The notes: a model not told the origin generated them from the sequence alone. A DNA stretch of 64,000 nucleotides from an uncultured Faecalimonas sp. (GCA_964450635.1 CAYVDA010000001.1:4368-68367), one strand, 5' to 3'; shown: positions 1 to 11,610, counted from the first letter of the stretch. Program-made: numbers and translations.

Positions 1-637
1 CTTTTTCTGCTTCCTTGAACTTCTTATCCAGTTCTTTTTCCATCTTGCCATTCAAGGACTTCACTTTCTGCTCATCTACTGCCACTTCAATGTGTTCTTC
101 CACATTTCCGGAAGTCGTAATGGATGCAACACCTTCTAGGCGTTCTAATTCCGGGATAATCTCTTCCTCAATCCGGCGACTGGACTCGGTAATCTCTGTA
201 TCATCTATGCTGACTGCCGCTACCATCACCGGAAGCATATCCGGGTTGATACGCATAATCGTCGAGTTCCCAACGGTATCCGGCCAGGATGCTGATAACT
301 GGTCCAGACTCTCCCGCATCTCGATGGTAATGGAGTCCATATTTGCCGTCTGCTCGAATTCCAAAATAACCACAGACACATTCTCCTGGGAAACGGAGCT
401 GACATTCTTAATATTACTGATGGTTGCCATGGCCGACTCCACCGGCTTGGTCACGGTATCTTCCACCTGCTCCGGACTGGCTCCGATATAGGTTGTGGAA
501 ACAATGGCATATGGCATATTCATACTCGGCAACAAATCCACGGTCATATCCGTAAATGATACCACACCAAGAATAATGACTAAAATCACAGCCACCACGA
601 CAGTATAAGGTTTCTTTACACTAAATTTTGATAACAT
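1..637 (-). CDS. RND-family efflux transporter permease subunit (AcrB-like), N-terminal part; runs off the window
   Basis: Not in the ORF track because it has no stop in the window. Manual translation from ATG at 637 after GAGGAAGG gives MLSKFSVKKPYTVVVAVILVIILGVVSFTDMTVDLLPSMNMPYAIVSTTYIGASPEQVEDTVTKPVESAMATISNI, a typical AcrB-family N-terminus. Confidence 0.88.
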   Translation of the reverse strand, partial: MLSKFSVKKPYTVVVAVILVIILGVVSFTDMTVDLLPSMNMPYAIVSTTYIGASPEQVEDTVTKPVESAMATISNIKNVSSVSQENVSVVILEFEQTANMDSITIEMRESLDQLSASWPDTVGNSTIMRINPDMLPVMVAAVSIDDTEITESSRRIEEEIIPELERLEGVASITTSGNVEEHIEVAVDEQKVKSLNGKMEKELDKKFKEAEK

Positions 638-787
638 ATCCTTCCTCTTTTCTATCTACTTCGGTCAACTTTTTTGCCAATCAATCTTATCACTTTCCTC
701 TTTTCTTTGCAAGTATTCCAGTGTATAATAAGGGAGGTTTTAGAAAACTTTTAGAATTGAAAATTTCCATGGAAAGGATGTTTATAA

Positions 788-1519
788 ATGCAACGAAAAA
801 CTGCTTTGATCACCGGCGCATCCCGGGGAATCGGACGTGCCATTGCTATGACTTTGGCCAGGGAAGGGTACCATGTCTTTTTAAATTGCAGGCAATCCCT
901 GAACGCTTTGCAGCAACTGCAGGAAGAGATTCTGGCTATCCCGGGAGGTAGCTGCCAGCTCCTCCTTTGCGATGTTGGAAATCCTGCATCTGTCAACCAA
1001 ATGTTTGAACAGATTTATCAAAGTTGCTCCTCTTTAGATGTGCTCATCAACAATGCCGGCTGTGCCCACATTGGACTCCTCAGCGACATGACAGACGAAG
1101 AATGGAATCATATTATACAGACCAATCTTTCCTCCGTCTTCTACTGCTGTCGTCAGGCAATTCCTCCAATGGTAGCAAGAAAATCCGGCCGTATTATTAA
1201 TATCTCTTCGATTTGGGGAAATGTAGGTGCTTCCTGTGAAGTTGCTTACTCTGCCAGCAAATCCGCCATCAATGGCCTGACAAAGGCATTGGCAAAAGAG
1301 CTGGCTCCTTCCGGCGTTCCGGTGAATGCCATCTCTTGCGGCGTTATTGATACCGACATGAATAAGCAGCTGGATGCTGCGGAACGAGTTGCCCTGGAAA
1401 ATGAAATTCCTGCGGGACGCTTCGGTACACCGCAGGAAGTAGCTGATACAGTTCTTCAATTGATTCAAAGTCCGATCTATCTGACCGGACAGATTATTGG
1501 CATGGATGGTGGCTTTTAG
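788..1519 (+). CDS. ymfI: SDR oxidoreductase, FabG/YmfI-like (EF-P 5-aminopentanone reductase family)
   Basis: TGASRGIG Rossmann motif, NNAG, YSASK catalytic motif; ISSIWG..GASCEV.YS segment resembles YmfI. Confidence 0.7.
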   Translation: MQRKTALITGASRGIGRAIAMTLAREGYHVFLNCRQSLNALQQLQEEILAIPGGSCQLLLCDVGNPASVNQMFEQIYQSCSSLDVLINNAGCAHIGLLSDMTDEEWNHIIQTNLSSVFYCCRQAIPPMVARKSGRIINISSIWGNVGASCEVAYSASKSAINGLTKALAKELAPSGVPVNAISCGVIDTDMNKQLDAAERVALENEIPAGRFGTPQEVADTVLQLIQSPIYLTGQIIGMDGGF

Positions 1520-1532
1520 GCTGCCTTCCATG

Positions 1533-2192
1533 CTATTGTTTTTTACCGATTCTGGCACGCAATAATACTTTCGCAATCACGGCTACCAAGACAGCCGCCA
1601 CAATGGCTTCCGGAATTCCCGATACTGCCACAGTCCCAAGAACCAGACCGCCTACCGCCTTTACGGAAGTCTCCTGCGCTTTCGCATATTCTCCCGCAAA
1701 CAAGAAATAAATACTTCCCATCACAAAAACCGTATTGACCATGGAGCCTACGAATCCAATGATAGCTAGCACCGGCACCTGCCATGCTTTGCTCTTCATC
1801 CATTTTCGAAGTCCTACATAGAGCCATCCGGATACTACACCAATACAGATTCGGCACCCTACGGAAATCCAGATGGTCGCTAAGGTTCCGCCAACCGTCG
1901 GATGGGTCACAAAAGGAGAAGACGCGTAGATGACCGGCGAGAATACAAAGGATAGCAAAGTCGGCGTCATGGTATTACTAAGCAAGGAGCAGATACCGAA
2001 AACTCCTCCAAGGATTCCGCCCGCCAAAGGGCCTAAGAGAATCGCTCCAATAATTACCGGAATATGAACCGTAGTTGCTTTAATCACCGGAAGTTGAATC
2101 ATGCCCAAAGGCGTATTAGCCAAAATGACAATAATCGCTGCCATCAATGCAACACTGACCATCCATCGCGTGTCGTGTTTTTTTGTTTTCAT
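1533..2192 (-). CDS. ECF transporter S component (PanT-like)
   Basis: Hydrophobic protein with TPLGMIQLP..KATTVHIPVIIGAILLGP motif. Start moved to ATG 2192. Confidence 0.8.
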   Translation of the reverse strand: MKTKKHDTRWMVSVALMAAIIVILANTPLGMIQLPVIKATTVHIPVIIGAILLGPLAGGILGGVFGICSLLSNTMTPTLLSFVFSPVIYASSPFVTHPTVGGTLATIWISVGCRICIGVVSGWLYVGLRKWMKSKAWQVPVLAIIGFVGSMVNTVFVMGSIYFLFAGEYAKAQETSVKAVGGLVLGTVAVSGIPEAIVAAVLVAVIAKVLLRARIGKKQ

Positions 2193-2225
2193 GTCTCTCA
2201 CCTACCATTTTCTACTAAGGTCGTC

Positions 2226-3161
2226 TTAAACTTCTAATATCATCTTCGCCGCGCCGCAGATTCCAGCATCATTTCCAAGCTGTGCCATGGCAAATCTTGT
2301 ATTTCGATTGGAATAAAAGGCATATTTCCGGAAATATCTTTCCACATATTCCAACAAGATGGTTCCTGCTTTGGATACTCCTCCGCCAATGACAAAGACT
2401 TCCGGGTCCGTCACTGCAGCCACATCTGCCAAGGCCTTTCCTAAATAATAACCAAACTGCTCGCCAATCTCCATGGCTACTGCATCCTCTTCCTTAATGG
2501 CATCCCATACTTCCTTGGATGTAATCTCCCGCTCCCGCAACACAGAAGGGGTCTTTACTTCCTCCAATCTTCGTTTCGCCATCCGGACGATGCCGGTTGC
2601 TGAAGCATATTGTTCAATGCAGCCACGTTTTCCACATCCGCAGCATTCTGTCTCTTCGTTATTCACGCAAACATGTCCAATCTCTCCGCTTGCTCCATTG
2701 GCTCCAAATAGGCAATGGCCATCTACAATAATGCCGCCGCCTACACCGGTTCCCAAGGTAACCATAACCAGGTTATCGCTCCCTTTGCCGCCGCCTTTCC
2801 ACATCTCGCCTAGGGCTGCCATATTGGCATCATTCCCCACTTTCACCGTCAAACCGGTTAAGCTGTGTAATTCTTCTGCCACAGACTTATTAATCCAACC
2901 AAGATTGGTCGTCTTCGGAACAAATCCAGTCTTATCAACAGCCGCCGGAACACCAACGCCAAGACCAATCACATCCTCTTTTGACAACTGATGTCTCTCC
3001 ATTGCTTCTAAAACGGAAGCTCCAATATCCGGCAGAATCTCTCTGCCCTGCTCCTGTATCCGGGTCGGAATCTCCCATTTATCAAATAGTTCTCCCTCTT
3101 CCCAAAAGAGCCCCATCTTTACTGTTGTCCCTCCGATGTCGATTCCAAAACAAGCTCTCAT
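2226..3161 (-). CDS. glcK: ROK-family glucokinase
   Basis: GIDIGGT, NDANMAALGE, TLGTGVGGG, GEIGH and CGCGKRGCIEQY ROK motifs. Confidence 0.92.
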   Translation of the reverse strand: MRACFGIDIGGTTVKMGLFWEEGELFDKWEIPTRIQEQGREILPDIGASVLEAMERHQLSKEDVIGLGVGVPAAVDKTGFVPKTTNLGWINKSVAEELHSLTGLTVKVGNDANMAALGEMWKGGGKGSDNLVMVTLGTGVGGGIIVDGHCLFGANGASGEIGHVCVNNEETECCGCGKRGCIEQYASATGIVRMAKRRLEEVKTPSVLREREITSKEVWDAIKEEDAVAMEIGEQFGYYLGKALADVAAVTDPEVFVIGGGVSKAGTILLEYVERYFRKYAFYSNRNTRFAMAQLGNDAGICGAAKMILEV

Positions 3162-4102
3162 TCTTCCTCTTCCTTTCTCTTTGCCATACTTTCTTGGAAG
3201 CGGCGATACAATTCTTGTGCTGCATTGTAACCCATTCGCTTCTGACGATAGTTAATCGCTGCCGATTCCACAATCAATGCCAGGTTTCGTCCCGGACGAA
3301 TCGGAATGGTATGGCATACCACTTTGTTTCCCAAAAATTCTGTATATTCCTCTTCCAAACCAAGGCGGTCATATTCCTTATCCTTGCTCCACTCCTCCAT
3401 GGTAATGGCAAGATCAATCCCCTGGGTCTCACGGACACTCTGAACACCGAATAAAGTCTTAACATCAATAATTCCGATTCCCCGAAGTTCAATCAAATGC
3501 TTGGTGATATTCGGTGCTGTGCCTACCAAGGTATCGTCACTGACCTTCCGAATCTCTACCACATCATCCGATACCAGACGATGTCCTCGCTTAATCAATT
3601 CCAGTGCGGTCTCACTCTTACCGACACCGCTCTCTCCCATAATCAAAACGCCAACACCATATACATCCACCAAGACTCCGTGAATAGAAATGCAAGGTGC
3701 CAATTCTACATTCAGCCAGCGAATCAATTCCGCCTGAAACGGAGATGTCTTCTGTGGAGTGGCAAAAACCGGAGTCCGGGTCGCATTTGCATGTCGAAGC
3801 AAGGCTTCATCCGGCTGGATCTCGGTGGTACAGATTACGCAAGGGATACCGTAGGAGAATAATTTCTCATACATCTCCTCCTTCCGTTCCGGCGAAAGGG
3901 TCTGTAAATAGGTATATTCCACATATCCGATAATCTGTACACGCTCAGAATCAAAATGATCAAAATATCCTGCCAATTGCAGCGCCGGTCGATTCACATC
4001 CGGCACTGTCAGACATTTCCCTGTCAGATCAATATCCGGCGTCATATTCTTCAAATCCATCTTCTCTGCTACTTTTGTCAGTTTTACTGTTGCCATAGCC
4101 AT
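3158..4102 (-). CDS. hprK: HPr(Ser) kinase/phosphorylase
   Basis: HGVLVDVYGVGVLIMGESGVGKSETALELIKRGHRLVSDD and ELRGIGII signatures. Start set after AAGGAGAG. Confidence 0.96.
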   Translation of the reverse strand: MAMATVKLTKVAEKMDLKNMTPDIDLTGKCLTVPDVNRPALQLAGYFDHFDSERVQIIGYVEYTYLQTLSPERKEEMYEKLFSYGIPCVICTTEIQPDEALLRHANATRTPVFATPQKTSPFQAELIRWLNVELAPCISIHGVLVDVYGVGVLIMGESGVGKSETALELIKRGHRLVSDDVVEIRKVSDDTLVGTAPNITKHLIELRGIGIIDVKTLFGVQSVRETQGIDLAITMEEWSKDKEYDRLGLEEEYTEFLGNKVVCHTIPIRPGRNLALIVESAAINYRQKRMGYNAAQELYRRFQESMAKRKEEEE

Positions 4103-4162
4103 TCTCTCCTTCCCATTTTTCATGGATACATACACCGCTCATCTCCGGCATATGTATTGTTC

Positions 4163-6034
4163 TTACTTATCCCCATGTTCTTTCGCATGAAAAAAAGCAT
4201 AAACCGCTTTTGCAGACCGTTCATCCATAGACGGAACCGCCTTTAGTTCCTCTACTTCTGCATTGCGGATGCCTTCCAGTCCCATATAATGTTTCATCAA
4301 AGCTTTTCTACGAGCCGGACCGATTCCTTTGATATCATCCAGCACCGAATGTACCTGTCCGGCACTTCGAAGCTTCCTATGAAATTCAATTGCAAACCGG
4401 TGCGCTTCATCCTGAATCCGAGTCAGTAATTGAAAACCTTCTGACTGCCTGTCAATCGGTAGTTCCCGGTCCTGATAATACAATCCTCTGGTTCTATGAA
4501 AATCATCTTTCACCATGCCACATACCGGAATCCGAATACCAAGACGTTCTAAGACCTCCTCTGCCACATGCACTTGTCCTTTTCCACCATCCATCAAAAG
4601 AAGATCCGGGAAAATCTGAAATCGTCCCAATTGGTTTTCTTCCTGTTGCTCCCGCAGTCCATGCTCAAATCGCCTGGTCAGCACTTCTTCCATGCTGGCA
4701 TAATCATCCGGACCTTGCACACTCTGAATCTTAAATTTACGATAATCGCTTCGCTTTGGCTTTCCATTTTCATAGACCACCATGGAACCAACAGAGGCAT
4801 ACCCACTGGTATTGGAAATATCAAATGCTTCCATCCGACGAATGCCGGATAGTCCAAGTAATTGTTCTAACTCTCGGACAGCTCCAATGGTTCGTCCCTC
4901 TTCCCGTTTCAGCCGCTCTTTGTCCTTTTCTAAGACCATCTGGGCATTCTTGCGGGCAAGTTCCACGAGCTTTTCTTTGGTACCTTTTTGTGGAACCACA
5001 AGCCGTACCTTATGGCCACGTTTTTCTCCTAGCCATTCCTCAAGGATCTCTCGCTCCTCTACCACTTCCGGCAACATAATCTCCGGCGGCACAAAAGGGG
5101 TCCCTGCATAGAATTGTTTTAGGAAAGATCCTAAGATACTGCTTTCGGTCTCCTCTTCTCCATTTTGAATAAAGAAGTGATCCCGGCCGATCAATCTGCC
5201 GCCACGGATAAAGAAAACCTGTACTACCGCGTCGGCACCTTCCTTCGCAACAGCCACCACATCCCGATCCTCGCCGTTGCTGCTTGTAATCTTTTGTTTC
5301 TGGGCTATCTGCTGAACGCTTCGCAGCAATTCCCGATATTCAATGGCCTTCTCAAACTCCATATCTTGAGATGCCTGCTCCATCTTCTCCTGCAAATCCT
5401 TGAGCACGTCCTCGTAGTGGCCACCTAGAAAGCGCAGCACTCCCTCGATGGATTTGCCATATTCTTCCTGGGAGATATAGCCTTGGCAAGGCCCCCTGCA
5501 CTGGTGGATATGATAATTCAAGCATGGTCTATCCTTCCCCTGTTCCTTCGGAAGCTGCCGGTTGCAATTGCGGATATGATACAATTTTCGAATCAACTCA
5601 ATGGTATCTTTTACCGCGCCGGCACTGGTATATGGGCCAAAATATTTGGACTTGTCTTTCTGCATCTTTCTTGCAAGAAGCACTCTTGGATAGGCTTCCT
5701 CTACCGTAACCCGAATAAAAGGATAGCCCTTATCATCCATCAACATGGTATTGTACTTTGGCCTGTGTTCCTTAATCAAGTTGCACTCCAACACAAGTGC
5801 TTCCAGCTCAGAATCCGTAACAATGTATTCAAATCTACGAATGTGGGTTACCATCTGGGCAATCTTCGAACTCTTATTCCGACTACTCTGAAAATACTGC
5901 CGAACCCGGTTCTTTAGGCTGATTGCTTTCCCCACATAAATAATCTGATCCCTCTCATCATGCATGAGATAAACTCCGGGTTTCCCCGGCAATTTCTTCA
6001 ACTCTTCCTGAATATCAAACATCTTCCTCGCCAT
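4163..6034 (-). CDS. uvrC: Excinuclease ABC subunit C
   Basis: GIY-YIG N-terminus (PGVYLM..IIYVGKA), UVR domain, FDISN and DGGKGQ motifs, C-terminal HhH. Confidence 0.97.
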   Translation of the reverse strand: MARKMFDIQEELKKLPGKPGVYLMHDERDQIIYVGKAISLKNRVRQYFQSSRNKSSKIAQMVTHIRRFEYIVTDSELEALVLECNLIKEHRPKYNTMLMDDKGYPFIRVTVEEAYPRVLLARKMQKDKSKYFGPYTSAGAVKDTIELIRKLYHIRNCNRQLPKEQGKDRPCLNYHIHQCRGPCQGYISQEEYGKSIEGVLRFLGGHYEDVLKDLQEKMEQASQDMEFEKAIEYRELLRSVQQIAQKQKITSSNGEDRDVVAVAKEGADAVVQVFFIRGGRLIGRDHFFIQNGEEETESSILGSFLKQFYAGTPFVPPEIMLPEVVEEREILEEWLGEKRGHKVRLVVPQKGTKEKLVELARKNAQMVLEKDKERLKREEGRTIGAVRELEQLLGLSGIRRMEAFDISNTSGYASVGSMVVYENGKPKRSDYRKFKIQSVQGPDDYASMEEVLTRRFEHGLREQQEENQLGRFQIFPDLLLMDGGKGQVHVAEEVLERLGIRIPVCGMVKDDFHRTRGLYYQDRELPIDRQSEGFQLLTRIQDEAHRFAIEFHRKLRSAGQVHSVLDDIKGIGPARRKALMKHYMGLEGIRNAEVEELKAVPSMDERSAKAVYAFFHAKEHGDK

Positions 6035-7904
6035 TCTGAATCTTTTTCAAGATTGCCATAAATTCTTTGCCGGTAATCGTCTCTTTCTCAATCAAGAAGT
6101 CTGCAATCTGATCCAACGCATCTCGATTCTCCCGAAGAAGTCGCTTCGCTTCCTCATAGGACTCTTTCAACATCCGCATTACTTCCTGGTCAATCTCCGA
6201 TGCTGTCTCTTCTCCACAATTTCGAACCGGACGACCATCTAAGTAACGATTCTGAACCGATTCCAATCCCATTAAGCCAAATTTCTCAGACATACCATAC
6301 TGGGTTACCATAGAACGGGCAAGTTCCGTCGCCTTCTCAATGTCATTGGACGCACCGGTGGTAACGGTGTCAAATACAATCTCTTCCGCCGCACGGCCGG
6401 CCAAAGTAGATACCAGCATCGCCTCTAATTCCTTCTTCGTATTCAGGAACTTCTCTTCCTCCGGCGTATGCATGACATATCCCAACGCTCCCATGGTACG
6501 TGGTACAATCGTAATCTTCTGCACCGGTTCTGCATCCTTTTGCAAAGCACTGACCAGCGCATGTCCCACTTCATGATAGGATACAATCTTCCGCTCTTCT
6601 GTGCTCATAATCCGGTCTTTCTTCTCTTTTCCGACTAAGACTACTTCCACAGCTTCAAACAAATCCTGCTGGGATACCACATGGCGTCCATTCTTTACTG
6701 CATTGATTGCTGCTTCGTTGATCATATTCGCAAGATCCGAACCAACTGCACCGGATGTTGCCAGTGCAATAGCTTCTAAATCTACTGTCTCATCCATCTT
6801 CACATCTTTGGCATGGACTTTCAATACATCCACACGACCTTTTAAGTCCGGCTTGTCCACAATGATTCGTCTGTCAAATCGTCCCGGACGAAGCAATGCC
6901 GGATCCAGAATCTCCGGACGGTTCGTCGCTGCCAAAAGAAGAAGTCCTTTGTCCGTATCAAATCCATCCATCTCCGCAAGAAGCTGGTTCAAGGTCTGTT
7001 CCCTCTCGTCATTGCTGCCATAGGTATTGTCACGACTCTTACCGATGGCATCAATCTCATCAATAAAAATAATACATGGTGCCATAGACTGTGCCTGTTT
7101 GAACAAATCCCGGACACGGGAAGCACCCACACCTACATACATCTCTACAAAAGCGGAACCAGACAAAGAGAAAAATGGAACTTTCGCTTCTCCTGCCACC
7201 GCCTTAGCAAGCAAAGTCTTACCGGTTCCCGGCGGTCCTACAAGCAAGGCACCTTTCGGTAACTTGGCACCGATTTCCGTATATTTCTTCGGATTGTGCA
7301 GGAAATCTACCACTTCCTGTAAAGATTCCTTGGCCTCATCCTGTCCGGCTACATCTTTAAATGTAACACCGGTCTCTTTTTCCACACCATACATCTTGGC
7401 ATTGGTCTTGCCAAATCCCATCATGCCGCCACCTTTGGAAATCTTCTTCATAAACATATTCATGACGACAATAATAACTACCATCGGCAATACCAAAGTC
7501 AACAGATAGCTCCAGATTACAGACGAAACCGTATCCGGAATCTTACCACTATATTTGACGCCGGCCTTGTCTAACTTGTCTGTCAGATTATCATCATTCA
7601 ACACTGCCGTATAGTACGTCACCGTATTACGGGTGAAAATACTGTTGGTCTTCTCTGTCTTCGGCTTAATCACAATGCGATCTGTCTGGATACTGACTTC
7701 CTCTACCTGTCCCGCTTCCACCATCTGGATAAATTCGCTATAAGCAATCTCCTTGCTGGTGCTGCCTTTAACCGTGCTGATTATATTCGATATGGTAATG
7801 ACTGCAACCAAAGCAATGGTCAGCATAATCAAGAGATTCTGCTTTTTCTTCGGATTGCGGTCATTATTAGGGTTTTGGTTTTGATTCATATTTTTATCTT
7901 CCAT
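6015..7904 (-). CDS. ftsH: ATP-dependent zinc metalloprotease FtsH
   Basis: Two TM segments, GPPGTGKT Walker A, IIFIDEID Walker B, HEVGH zinc motif. Confidence 0.96.
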   Translation of the reverse strand: MEDKNMNQNQNPNNDRNPKKKQNLLIMLTIALVAVITISNIISTVKGSTSKEIAYSEFIQMVEAGQVEEVSIQTDRIVIKPKTEKTNSIFTRNTVTYYTAVLNDDNLTDKLDKAGVKYSGKIPDTVSSVIWSYLLTLVLPMVVIIVVMNMFMKKISKGGGMMGFGKTNAKMYGVEKETGVTFKDVAGQDEAKESLQEVVDFLHNPKKYTEIGAKLPKGALLVGPPGTGKTLLAKAVAGEAKVPFFSLSGSAFVEMYVGVGASRVRDLFKQAQSMAPCIIFIDEIDAIGKSRDNTYGSNDEREQTLNQLLAEMDGFDTDKGLLLLAATNRPEILDPALLRPGRFDRRIIVDKPDLKGRVDVLKVHAKDVKMDETVDLEAIALATSGAVGSDLANMINEAAINAVKNGRHVVSQQDLFEAVEVVLVGKEKKDRIMSTEERKIVSYHEVGHALVSALQKDAEPVQKITIVPRTMGALGYVMHTPEEEKFLNTKKELEAMLVSTLAGRAAEEIVFDTVTTGASNDIEKATELARSMVTQYGMSEKFGLMGLESVQNRYLDGRPVRNCGEETASEIDQEVMRMLKESYEEAKRLLRENRDALDQIADFLIEKETITGKEFMAILKKIQNGEEDV

Positions 7905-7930
7905 ATTCTGCCTCCTATTTTACTCTCTTT

Positions 7931-7959
7931 ATTATACGAACAGACACCTCATAAATCAA
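7931..7959 (-). promoter_or_regulatory. SigA-type promoter for the ftsH-uvrC-hprK-glcK-ECF run
   Basis: TTGATT-17 nt-TATAAT on the minus strand. Confidence 0.6.
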
Positions 7960-8109
7960 CCAAAACATTGTGAAGAATCCGTGTTATTTTCTAAATTTTT
8001 TCTAAATAAGGGTAGATAATACCCTGTATTTTGTAGTATACTATTTGAGTGATTTGCTATGCTCCAAAAGGGAAATAGCAAAAATTTGGATAAAGGAAGT
8101 AAGTGACTT

Positions 8110-9585
8110 ATGAAAATCGGATTTGATAATGAAAAATACTTAAATATGCAGTCAGAGCACATTCGAGAACGCATTGGTCAGTTTGACAATAAACTCTATC
8201 TTGAATTTGGAGGCAAGCTCTTTGATGATTATCACGCTTCCAGAGTCCTTCCGGGATTCGCTCCGGATAGTAAACTGCGCCTGTTGATGCAGCTCTCTGA
8301 TCAGGCAGAATTGGTCATTGTCATCAGCGCCAGTGATATCGAGAAGAACAAAGTACGCGGAGATCTGGGCATTACCTACGATAGCGATGTTCTACGTCTG
8401 ATTGACTCTTTTAAAGAGAAGGGCTTGTTCGTAGGCAGTGTTGTAATTACCCAGTATACAGGCCAGAGCAGTGCAGATCTGTTCAAAGCACGTCTGACCA
8501 AGTTGGGCATCCGGGTCTATGTCCACTATCGCATTGAAGGATATCCAACCAACATTCCGCTGATTGTCAGTGATGAGGGATATGGAAAAAATGATTATAT
8601 TGAGACTTCCAGACCTTTGGTCATCATTACCGCACCGGGGCCGGGAAGTGGCAAGATGGCCACCTGTCTTTCTCAGCTCTACCACGAGCACAAACGAGGT
8701 GTCCGGGCCGGCTATGCGAAGTTCGAGACGTTCCCAATTTGGAATATCCCATTGAAGCATCCGGTAAACCTCGCTTATGAGGCTGCCACCGCCGATTTGA
8801 ACGATGTGAATATGATTGATCCATTCCATCTGGAGGCCTACGGCATTACCACTGTAAATTATAACCGGGATGTGGAGATTTTCCCTGTTCTGGATGCTAT
8901 CTTCGAACGAATTTATGGAGAAAATCCGTACAAATCTCCAACAGATATGGGCGTGAACATGGCTGGAAATTGTATCTGTGATGATGATGCCTGCCGGGAA
9001 GCTTCCAACCAAGAAATTCTCCGCAGATATTATGCTTCTTTGAAACGCCTGGCAAATGGAAAAGCGCAGGAAGAAGAAGTCTATAAGATTGAATTGTTAA
9101 TGAAACAGGCACATATTACCACAGCGGACCGTAAAGTTGTTGGTGCCGCCCTGCAAAAGGCTGAAAGCACCGGCGCTCCGGCAGCTGCTTTGGAATTATC
9201 CGATGGAAAGATTATTACCGGTAAGACCAGTAAACTTCTGGGCGCATCTTCTGCACTTTTGCTAAATGCTTTAAAAGCCCTTGCCGGATTAGAAGATGAT
9301 CTGCATGTCATTGCACCGGAGGTTATGGAACCGATTCAGGCTCTAAAGACTACCTACTTAGGCAGCCACAACCCACGATTGCATACAGATGAGGTCTTGA
9401 TTGCCTTATCCATCAGTGCCGCTACAGATGCGAATGCAAAACTCGCCTTGGAACAGCTTCCGCATTTGAAAGGCTGCCAGGCGCATTCCTCTGTCCTGCT
9501 CTCTTCCGTGGATATCAAGCAATTTAAACGTCTCGGCATTGATCTGACCTCCGAGGCCATTAGTGAAAAGAAAAAAATGCTCTAA
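8110..9585 (+). CDS. DUF1846 (UPF0371) family protein
   Basis: MKIGFDNEKY..KLYLEFGGKLFDDYHASRVLPGF N-terminus; P-loop-like GPGSGK. Confidence 0.88.
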   Translation: MKIGFDNEKYLNMQSEHIRERIGQFDNKLYLEFGGKLFDDYHASRVLPGFAPDSKLRLLMQLSDQAELVIVISASDIEKNKVRGDLGITYDSDVLRLIDSFKEKGLFVGSVVITQYTGQSSADLFKARLTKLGIRVYVHYRIEGYPTNIPLIVSDEGYGKNDYIETSRPLVIITAPGPGSGKMATCLSQLYHEHKRGVRAGYAKFETFPIWNIPLKHPVNLAYEAATADLNDVNMIDPFHLEAYGITTVNYNRDVEIFPVLDAIFERIYGENPYKSPTDMGVNMAGNCICDDDACREASNQEILRRYYASLKRLANGKAQEEEVYKIELLMKQAHITTADRKVVGAALQKAESTGAPAAALELSDGKIITGKTSKLLGASSALLLNALKALAGLEDDLHVIAPEVMEPIQALKTTYLGSHNPRLHTDEVLIALSISAATDANAKLALEQLPHLKGCQAHSSVLLSSVDIKQFKRLGIDLTSEAISEKKKML

Positions 9586-9617
9586 TATTGGATCATACAA
9601 GAAAAGGAGATGAAGCC

Positions 9618-10235
9618 ATGAATTATACAGTAAAACGAATTGCCAGCAAGGCAGAGATTGAAACCTGTAACCGTTTTGATATTACTCACTATATGTGGAA
9701 CAGCCAGACTATGCCGAAGGCCTATGGATGGTTCGGCTACATAGAAGGGGAAGGACTTTTTGCCAAGATGGTATGTGAAGAGACTAACCCGAAGCGAGAC
9801 TTTAAAAACCACCATGATATGGTTTGTCAGGATAGTGCCATGGAGATCTTCCTGGCATTCCCGGAAGAGGGAGAGACATTAAGCAACGATTCCATGTATT
9901 TAAACTTCGAAATCAATGCCAACGCAGCCATGTATGCCAAATATGGAAAAGGTCGCAAGAATCGTGTCTTTCTTACAGACAAGCAATATGAAGACACTGG
10001 TGTAACTGCAGTGATGGAAGATGATCGTTGGTATCTGGAAGTTCTCTTCCCGGAAGAAGTTCTTCTTCAGGTCTGTGATTTTGAATCCATAAAACAAGGA
10101 CGTGCATTCTATTGCAATTTCTACAAGATTGCCGAGGCTGAAAATGGACAACACTTCGGTGCCTTCTCCCCGATTGAGAGTGAGATCCCGAATTTCCACT
10201 TGCCTGTTTTCTTTGCAGAGGCACATATAGAATAA
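9618..10235 (+). CDS. Carbohydrate-binding family 9-like (DOMON-like) protein
   Basis: VCQDSAMEIFL, YLNFEIN, NFYK and PNFH motifs; RBS AAGGAG before ATG 9618. Confidence 0.75.
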   Translation: MNYTVKRIASKAEIETCNRFDITHYMWNSQTMPKAYGWFGYIEGEGLFAKMVCEETNPKRDFKNHHDMVCQDSAMEIFLAFPEEGETLSNDSMYLNFEINANAAMYAKYGKGRKNRVFLTDKQYEDTGVTAVMEDDRWYLEVLFPEEVLLQVCDFESIKQGRAFYCNFYKIAEAENGQHFGAFSPIESEIPNFHLPVFFAEAHIE

Positions 10236-10250
10236 GAAAACGCTTTTAAA

Positions 10251-10286
10251 AAAATCCCAAGTTCCTTTCATGGTACTTGGGATTTT
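10251..10286. terminator. Bidirectional intrinsic terminator
   Basis: AAAATCCCAAGT/ACTTGGGATTTT inverted repeat between convergent genes. Confidence 0.8.
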
Positions 10287-10288
10287 CT

Positions 10289-10921
10289 TTATACTTCTTC
10301 TATTTCCGGAATTCCATCCGCCTCCGTTAAAGCCTCTTTGGCTAGTGCATCTACTTCCTCATTATAAAAATTTCCGGCATGGGCTTCTACTTTTGTAAAG
10401 AAAATCTGCACGTTCTGTCCACACCGTTGCATATAAGCAGCATATTTTTGTGTCAACTCTGTCTTCGCCTTCCATACACCTGTAACCCATTTTTCAATTC
10501 CTTCATAATCATATCGAATTTCTATCTTGGTATAATGATTACGAATAGCCCAGCGAACAGCATACATGGCACCTAGCATTTCTCCCGCAACATTGCGGAT
10601 CGCTAAGGAGTCCGGATTGTCTCCGTTGCCACTGTAGCGATATTCTCTTCCATCCGGTGTCAACATAATACAACCAAAGGCATATTTCTGTAATCCATGG
10701 TGATAGCTTCCATCCACATAGACTACTAAGTGCTCTTCCGGTCGCTCATTGTCCTCAAATTCTGTCGCAAGCCCGAGATAAACATTTGCTTCTGTCCGAG
10801 AAGAAAAGCTCTTATATTCCGCTCCCGGATATCCGTCTACCACTGCCTTACACGCCTCCCAGGAATCAAATAGTCCTGTCTGCAACCCCTTCTTAACTGC
10901 GTAAAACTTCTTTTTGGCCAT
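10289..10921 (-). CDS. rnhA: Ribonuclease HI with N-terminal viroplasmin-like hybrid-binding domain
   Basis: KFYAVKKG..TGLFDSWEAC N-domain; acidic catalytic residues in YVDGS, GEMLG, DYEG and NEEVDALA. Confidence 0.88.
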   Translation of the reverse strand: MAKKKFYAVKKGLQTGLFDSWEACKAVVDGYPGAEYKSFSSRTEANVYLGLATEFEDNERPEEHLVVYVDGSYHHGLQKYAFGCIMLTPDGREYRYSGNGDNPDSLAIRNVAGEMLGAMYAVRWAIRNHYTKIEIRYDYEGIEKWVTGVWKAKTELTQKYAAYMQRCGQNVQIFFTKVEAHAGNFYNEEVDALAKEALTEADGIPEIEEV

Positions 10922-10941
10922 AAATACTCCTTCTCCGCTTA

Positions 10942-11610
10942 CTAGAAAAAGACACCTTTTGCCTGTTCCTTAATTTCTTTGGAAGCAATAAATGGGATTC
11001 TTGTAGTATAGCCATTCTTCGCAGCCACAATCTTCTTCGTCGGCCATGCAAAAATATCTTTGTTCCACTGGTTGATGGTATCATTATACAATTCTCTTGC
11101 CGCTGTGATCTCTCGCTGCAAATACATATTCTGCTGCATTGCATCTGCGATTTCACGATGTGCCTGCAAATCCGGATAGCTTTCTACTGCCACATGAATA
11201 TCACGGGATATGTTCTCAATCTGGCTGCCTAATTCATTTCGATTCGAATCCGCATCTCCTGCATTGCCTGCACGATACTTTGCAATATTTTCAAACGTAC
11301 TCTTATCCAAATCAATTGCCTTATCTAGCAAACGTGCGCAATTCTGTAACACAAGCACCCGCTGTTCCAGATAATTATCAATCTGGGACGCATTTCTCTG
11401 AATCTTCTGCTGCAATTGATCAAAATGTTTCTGGGCATTGATTTTCATAAACAGAAAGATCAATCCCGGGAAAATCCCACATATCCAAAGGATTATTTCA
11501 AAAATCTTTGATCCTACTCCTACCTCTGCCGGTAGTTTCTTCGCAATCACATTGGTATCCAAACCTTCTTCTCGTACTTCTGGATTTAATTCATCTAATT
11601 GATTTGCCAT
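10942..11610 (-). CDS. lemA: LemA family protein
   Basis: N-proximal TM, coiled coil, AVESYPDLQA, EITAARELYN and WPT..VA LemA motifs. Confidence 0.85.
   Translation of the reverse strand: MANQLDELNPEVREEGLDTNVIAKKLPAEVGVGSKIFEIILWICGIFPGLIFLFMKINAQKHFDQLQQKIQRNASQIDNYLEQRVLVLQNCARLLDKAIDLDKSTFENIAKYRAGNAGDADSNRNELGSQIENISRDIHVAVESYPDLQAHREIADAMQQNMYLQREITAARELYNDTINQWNKDIFAWPTKKIVAAKNGYTTRIPFIASKEIKEQAKGVFF

Noticed and set aside
15-491. 158-aa plus-strand ORF
   Set aside because: Antisense shadow of the RND permease; Ser/Thr-rich composition typical of a reverse frame.
8392-9012. 206-aa minus-strand ORF
   Set aside because: Lies entirely antisense to DUF1846 and has no recognisable motifs.
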